Assembly (NCBI GenBank): GCA_963693365.1
Contig: CAVNZM010000003.1
Location: 6,455,448-6,519,447 of the forward strand
Direction of reading: 5' to 3'
DNA: 64,000 bases
DNA from: Amoebidium appalachense
Lineage: Eukaryota; Protista; Ichthyosporea
In this document: positions 58,801 to 64,000 of the stretch, piece after piece
How positions within the stretch are numbered: position 1 is the stretch's first letter
Layout: each line of letters starts with the position of its first letter
Translations under genes and position numbers: made by a program
The notes under the pieces: model-generated
Seen by the model: the letters and a program-made list of their open reading frames with translations, nothing else
Database searches by the model: none
What the model was told of the DNA's origin: nothing

Positions 58801-59110
58801 CTATAGTGTGAATCTTTGTGTAAAGGGCCGCGCGGGGTGGGGTCTGCACTTAAATTCAATGTGTGGCAATGATGTTATTGACATGAATCTCTTGATTCAC
58901 AACGTGAGTGGGTTGTATACACGCAGATTTGCATAGTTGTATGTGCACACATAGGCTAACATAACCCTATGGGTTAAAAACTTGCTTATCCACGTAACAG
59001 CACACACTAATTATGTTCGCAAAAGCCCCCACCTCATAGGTAAATTTCGCATGACTTGTGCACATGCACCTATTTATCTGGGTGTATTGTTGGTTTTGGC
59101 ACTCGATTTC
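58421..59110. mobile_element. ~690-bp segment bounded by 35-bp inverted repeats (possible non-autonomous DNA transposon), containing a 93-nt G run
   Basis: GAAATCGAGTGCCAAAACCAACAATACACACAGAT (58421-58455) versus its reverse complement at 59076-59110, 1 mismatch. No clear target-site duplication. Confidence 0.45.
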
Positions 59111-59675
59111 AGGTTTTTCCCCGTTACGCGTCTGGGTTTTACCCCCGTTTGTACGCCCCCTTTGGCTTATGCGCCTGCGAAAAGAATTCCAAGTCATGAG
59201 GATTCCTTCTCTGAAATTTCCACCTTCGGGATGCAGTTTTGACTCATTTCCAGTAAAAAGAACCGAACCCGTGCACGTGGCCAAATTTACGATCTCAATC
59301 TCCTTGTAATCGGCATCATTTTCATCCGTAATTTCAACTTCGCAGTAGCACGGGTCTGGGTTTGAGCAGCGTGAAGGCCAGGCCAGGGGGTTCTTTGCCA
59401 TATCTAGATCTTTAGCGGCGCCTGATTATTTTTTCTCTTCGAAATTTAGGATTGCCGGTGTGGAAATGGCACCTTGCGCCACAAAATCACCAGATGGAGT
59501 TGCGGGGAAATTTTCATTTGTGGCGATCATCTCAACCAATACGTCTTGCCGAATTTCCTCCAAGATCGCGACAATCTGTGTAAAAGTGGGCTGATTCGCT
59601 GGATCGGCATCCCAACACCGCTGCATCAAAGCCCAAATTGGGACGGGGCAGAACTCTGGCTGCGAGGGTCGGGCC
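59111..59675 (-). pseudogene. Remnant of a tyrosine kinase / TKL protein kinase: subdomains X-XI plus C-terminal tail
   Basis: [41 protein letters not shown] is the classic TK/TKL C-lobe end. The conserved subdomain XI Arg is Gln. There is an in-frame TAA at 59426-59428 with the frame open beyond it. No upstream kinase exons were recognised in 59.7-64 kb. It could instead be the last exon of a gene starting outside the window. Confidence 0.6.
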
Positions 59676-59884
59676 CTTGCCAAAGAAAATGGTGTCAGAT
59701 TTGCACAGCTTGAAAACGGCGCATGTCTGAAGGATTCTTGTCTCTCTCTCTCTCTTTCTGTCTTTCTCCTCTCTGCCTGTGTGTCTCCCCCCCCCCCCCC
59801 CCCCCCCCCTCTCTCTTTCTCTCTCCCTCTGTGTGTGTGTTTGTGTGTGTTTGTGTGTGTGTGTGTGCGTGTTTGTGTGCGTGC

Positions 59885-59957
<73 letters not shown>

Positions 59958-60341
59958 GCGGGACGACGGTGGGAGAGGGGGGGGGGGAGGAAAGGGGGGA
60001 GGCCCGTGGGGGGGGGGGGGGGGGGGAGGGGGGAGGGGATTTGCGGTGGTGGTGGTGGTGGTAGTGTCGGTTTTTTCCCCTCTTCTTTTTGATTTTTCAG
60101 AGTTCCTTGTCTCTTTTTTCCCTTTTTCATCACATCGTTCTTTTACTTTCTTTTATGTTCTTGTGGGGGGTCTCTAGGGGTGATCTTGTTCGGGGGGGGG
60201 GGGGGGGGGGGGGGGGGCTCTATGTTTTGTGGACCTGGACCACAGTCTTTCACCCTGTGTGCTGGTGTGTGCCTACATAAAACCTCATGGGCCGTATCGT
60301 TGTGTGGTTGTGCAGGCATAGAAGGTGTCACGGTGGGCTAC

Positions 60342-60372
<31 letters not shown>

Positions 60373-60410
60373 CACGGTGTGTGTGTGTGCGTGTGTGCGT
60401 GCGTGCGTGC

Positions 60411-60444
<34 letters not shown>

Positions 60445-60986
60445 TGTGTCTGTGTCTCTCTCTCTGTTGTGTGAGTGTCTGTGTATGACACTTGTGCGTG
60501 TGCGTGTGGATGGTGAGGCTCGCCGTAGCGCTAGCTAGGTCTTCGTTAAAGATAGCTTTAAGGCAGTATTATCGTGCGTACGCGCAGCCAGACACTTCCA
60601 CAGGTGGCATGTGTGGCTAAAAAGGCTAAAAGGCTAATGTAGGCTAAAAGGTAATATTAGCTATTATATTATTAATATTAATTATTATGTTACTGACTCG
60701 AGGTTCTACTTGAAATATTTAATATGGCTGTATGGCTGAGACCGGTGATGATATGAGCGAGGCCTTGGGTGAGTGCGCACCGGAGGCTGTGAGTATTAGT
60801 AGTCATAGTATCGAACCCCACCATTCAAGTACACCGTCACGGTAATTCAGATCCTATGTACATAGCCTTCGGATCCGGAACCCTCCGGCAAGACATTGGT
60901 ATATATAGTTGCGTGGGGTACGTAATCGGTGGCCCTGGGGTCGTTGGGCGAGTGAGTAGTGGTGGTGGTGCGGGGGGGGGATAGAG

Positions 60987-61067
<81 letters not shown>

Positions 61068-61083
61068 AGAAGGGGGGGGGGGG

Positions 61084-61127
<44 letters not shown>

Positions 61128-61200
61128 AGAAGGGGGGGTGGGGGGGAGGGCAAGGGGCGGGGGGGGGGGGGGGGGGGGGGGAGGGCGGGGGGGAGGGGGG

Positions 61201-61358
61201 CGGCTGTAGAGTGACATTGTATAATACATATCTCGGACGAAATGGAGAATTCATCTTTAAAAACTCTAGATCTAGAGAGGGAGAGAGAGCCTGAGGGAGA
61301 GCTCGAGTCTCAGAGGGAGCCTTGAGAGAGAAAGAAATCGAGTGAGAGAGTCTGAGGA

Positions 61359-61414
<56 letters not shown>

Positions 61415-61640
61415 AGAAGGGGGGGGGGGGGAGGGCAAGGGGGCGGGGGGGGGGGGGGGGGGAGGGGGGGGGGGGAGGGGGGCGGCTTTAGAGTGACATT
61501 GTACAATACATATCTCGGACGAAATGGAGAATTCATCTTTAAAAACTCTAGATCTAGAGAGGGAGAGAGAGCCTGAGGGAGAGCTCGAGTCTCAGAGGGA
61601 GCCTTGAGAGAGAAAGAAATTGAGTGAGAGAGTCTGAGGA

Positions 61641-61650
<10 letters not shown>
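61201..61650. repeat. Tandem duplication (282-bp period) bounded by (GA)n and G-runs
   Basis: CGGCT(G/T)TAGAGTGACATTGTA(T/C)AATACATATCTCGGACGAAATGG...GAGTCTGAGGAAGAG at ~61201-61365 and ~61483-61647. Confidence 0.9.
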
Positions 61651-61701
<51 letters not shown>

Positions 61702-61864
61702 TGTGTGTGTGTGTGTGAAAGCTCTAAGTCTGACAGAGAGAGGGGGGAGGAGAGAGAGGTCGATTGAGGGAGGGGCGTGGGGGGAGGACGCGGGCGGGGG
61801 GAGTGTCGGAGGGGGGGACATAGAGAGAGAGAGAGAGTGAGAGAAAGAGAGAGAAGGGGGCCCT

Positions 61865-61897
<33 letters not shown>

Positions 61898-62209
61898 GTC
61901 GCCATGAAGTTCAACCATCATGGTAGGTGGTATAAACATCGGAGCTGCCTTGTTCTTGCAGTCTTGAGAATGGTATATATGGTAGCCGCAATGCTATCAG
62001 CTATTCCTATAGCTAACATGTAGCTAGTCAGTGCATATATATGCGCATGGCATTGGAGGTTACCACTTGCCCCCCCCCCTCCCCCCCCCCCCCCCCTTCC
62101 CCTCCCCCCTCCCCCCTTCCCCTCCCTCTTTTTTTTTGTTGAGAAAGAAAGCTTCAAGAAATAGGACTCCGAGTGAAAAAAAAAAGAAAACGAGACATAG
62201 CAGCAAAAT

Positions 62210-62240
<31 letters not shown>

Positions 62241-63256
62241 AAAAAAAAAAAAAAAACGCCCACACACACGGTGTGGCATACTGTATTACACACACCCTCA
62301 ACCCCGTGCACGAATTTCATATCCTCTCCAAGACTTGGGGCTGCTCCAATTTCCATGTAGATCGGTAGGTTGAGCTTTTAGCGGCGAATGAAAGGGATTG
62401 GTGCGGTAAAAAAGGGGGGGGGGGGGGGGGGGGGGGGAGGGGGGGAGGGGTGTGTGTGTGGGGGGGGGGGGAGGGGGGGGGGGGGGGGGGGGGAGGGGGG
62501 GGGGGGGGGGGGGGAGTGGGAATGAGGAAAAAAGAAAGTTGTAAAGGGAGGCACGGTGGGGAGAGGGAGAAGGCTAGAGCGACGTGAGATGACATGGTAG
62601 ACTTAGTGACAGAATCTTCACGGTTGGGTCGGTAACGAAAAATGAAGCCCCCAAAGCTCAGGGTATTGAAGAAAAAGTAAAGAGAGAAAACATTTGAAAA
62701 AGCTTTTATAATTGCAGGGTATGCAGGTTTTTGCATGTGGTGTGTGCCCGCACAAACATCCTTCACACTTGAAGACTTGATGTACGTGTACGTTTGCGCA
62801 TGCCATTATAAGCGTAGTTGTATGCGTATTTATGGTCGGTCATACAATGGCAAATTGTCTAAATGTAGGTATCACCAAGGACTACCGTTTGGAACTTCGT
62901 GTTCCTTGTTTGAAGTTCCGGAAGAACATACACACACAGGGTATATTGCACCCCATACATACTGCGCTTGTCTGTCAGATTTGTGGTTTTTGTGTGTTTG
63001 GGTGCACTGGTCCACGGTGTGTTCTGTGTTTCTGTTTGTGTGTAATATGCGTGTGTGCGTGCATGCGTGCGTGCGTCCATGCGTGCGTGCGTGCGTGCAT
63101 GCGTGGCGTGTGCGCATGCTTGCGCCACATACGTATGCGTGCGTGCACGCTTCAACGTGCATGTGTGGTTGAGCGTGTTTGAGGGTTTTTGTTTGTTACA
63201 CCACCAGTACCGCACACACGCGCGCATGTGTATAAGTGCGTGTTTTTGTTCCGGCC

Positions 63257-63289
<33 letters not shown>

Positions 63290-64000
63290 GTGCGTGTGTG
63301 TTTGTGCGTGCGACGTGCGTGCGCGCGTGTGTGTAAAGGTGAGTTTGGGAGTTTTTGTTCCTGTGTGTGTATGTGTGTTTGCGCGCGTGTGTCCGCGTGG
63401 GCGTGCGTACGTGTGTACATAAATGACATGTATCCCTATGTAAAGGGCAGTCAGGCAGTGCCTCAGGCATTGGATCCTGTTCATCATACGGTCACCTGCA
63501 GTCCAAAACAAAAAGCAGTGCAACTCTGTTTTCTGCCGTCAGTCGCACCATGTCCGGCTCCCGATCACATCAAAACCACATGTAATCGGTGATTAGGCTG
63601 CATGATTCTGCAAATTCCGCATTAAGTCAACCAATAGGCACATTAGACCGCACCAGAACCCATAGAGATGACCAATCAGAGTAGACATTCGCGCATTTTT
63701 GTCAGGTTAAAATTTAAGTAGCACAGGTCGCCACGAAAACTGGTCGGAAACACGTGAAAACGTGTTTTCTAGCTCCTCTAGTCCAACGGAGAACTCCTAG
63801 CACACCTAACAGCCGGGCCCAGAAAAACTCAAGCGGATAGAGGTACACGTTAGCTACAGGGGACACTAAAAGCCGTCCCCGTAGGCCGGCGGGCACGGGA
63901 GTTACGCGCCGGAAAGGAGCCCCCCCTTTTTTTCCCCTGCACTTGACACAAAACCAACGTTTCCTCTTTCAGTGGTAGTGACCTTTGTCTGGGGGGAAAA

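Noticed and set aside
60327-60341. Minus-strand VAHRD after an acceptor, as the kinase catalytic loop
   Set aside because: It is followed by TFYACTT and a stop rather than LAARN/LKxxN; likely chance.
60800-60830. B-box-like GGTTCGA on the minus strand (also ~51577) suggesting a tRNA or tRNA-SINE
   Set aside because: No A box at the proper spacing and no cloverleaf; no tRNA or rRNA gene was recognised anywhere in the window.

Overview
Intron-rich eukaryotic genomic DNA, saturated with (CA/TG)n, (CT/AG)n and poly-C/poly-G tracts. Most ORFs in the supplied track are repeat artefacts. A unicellular holozoan-like host is plausible (tyrosine-kinase-like remnant, LRR/TSP1 surface protein), but this is only an inference. 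By manual splicing I reconstruct six genes with consistent reading phases: VAP/Scs2 (+, 4 exons), UDP-GlcNAc pyrophosphorylase UAP1 (+, 6 exons), a divergent TFIIS-family protein (-, 9 exons, not visible as a single ORF), an LRR-TSP1-mucin-TM surface protein (+, 8 exons), hexa-ubiquitin (+, intronless) and an FMP42/SLC43-like MFS transporter (+, 2 exons). Also present are a kinase C-lobe remnant, a 5'-truncated non-LTR retrotransposon ending directly in (CA)n, and two inverted-repeat (MITE-like) elements. The most striking features are: (1) many introns lack a polypyrimidine tract and have (AC)n/Cn right up to the AG, often with complementary (GT)n/Gn at the 5' end; (2) a structured repeat family with a fixed 3' end and variable 5' truncation, always embedded in poly-C and once present as a 453-bp-period tandem; (3) a TFIIS paralogue whose RSADEP hairpin is changed to ENADEG and whose model needs a GC-AG intron. 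All calls were made by eye, with no database searches.
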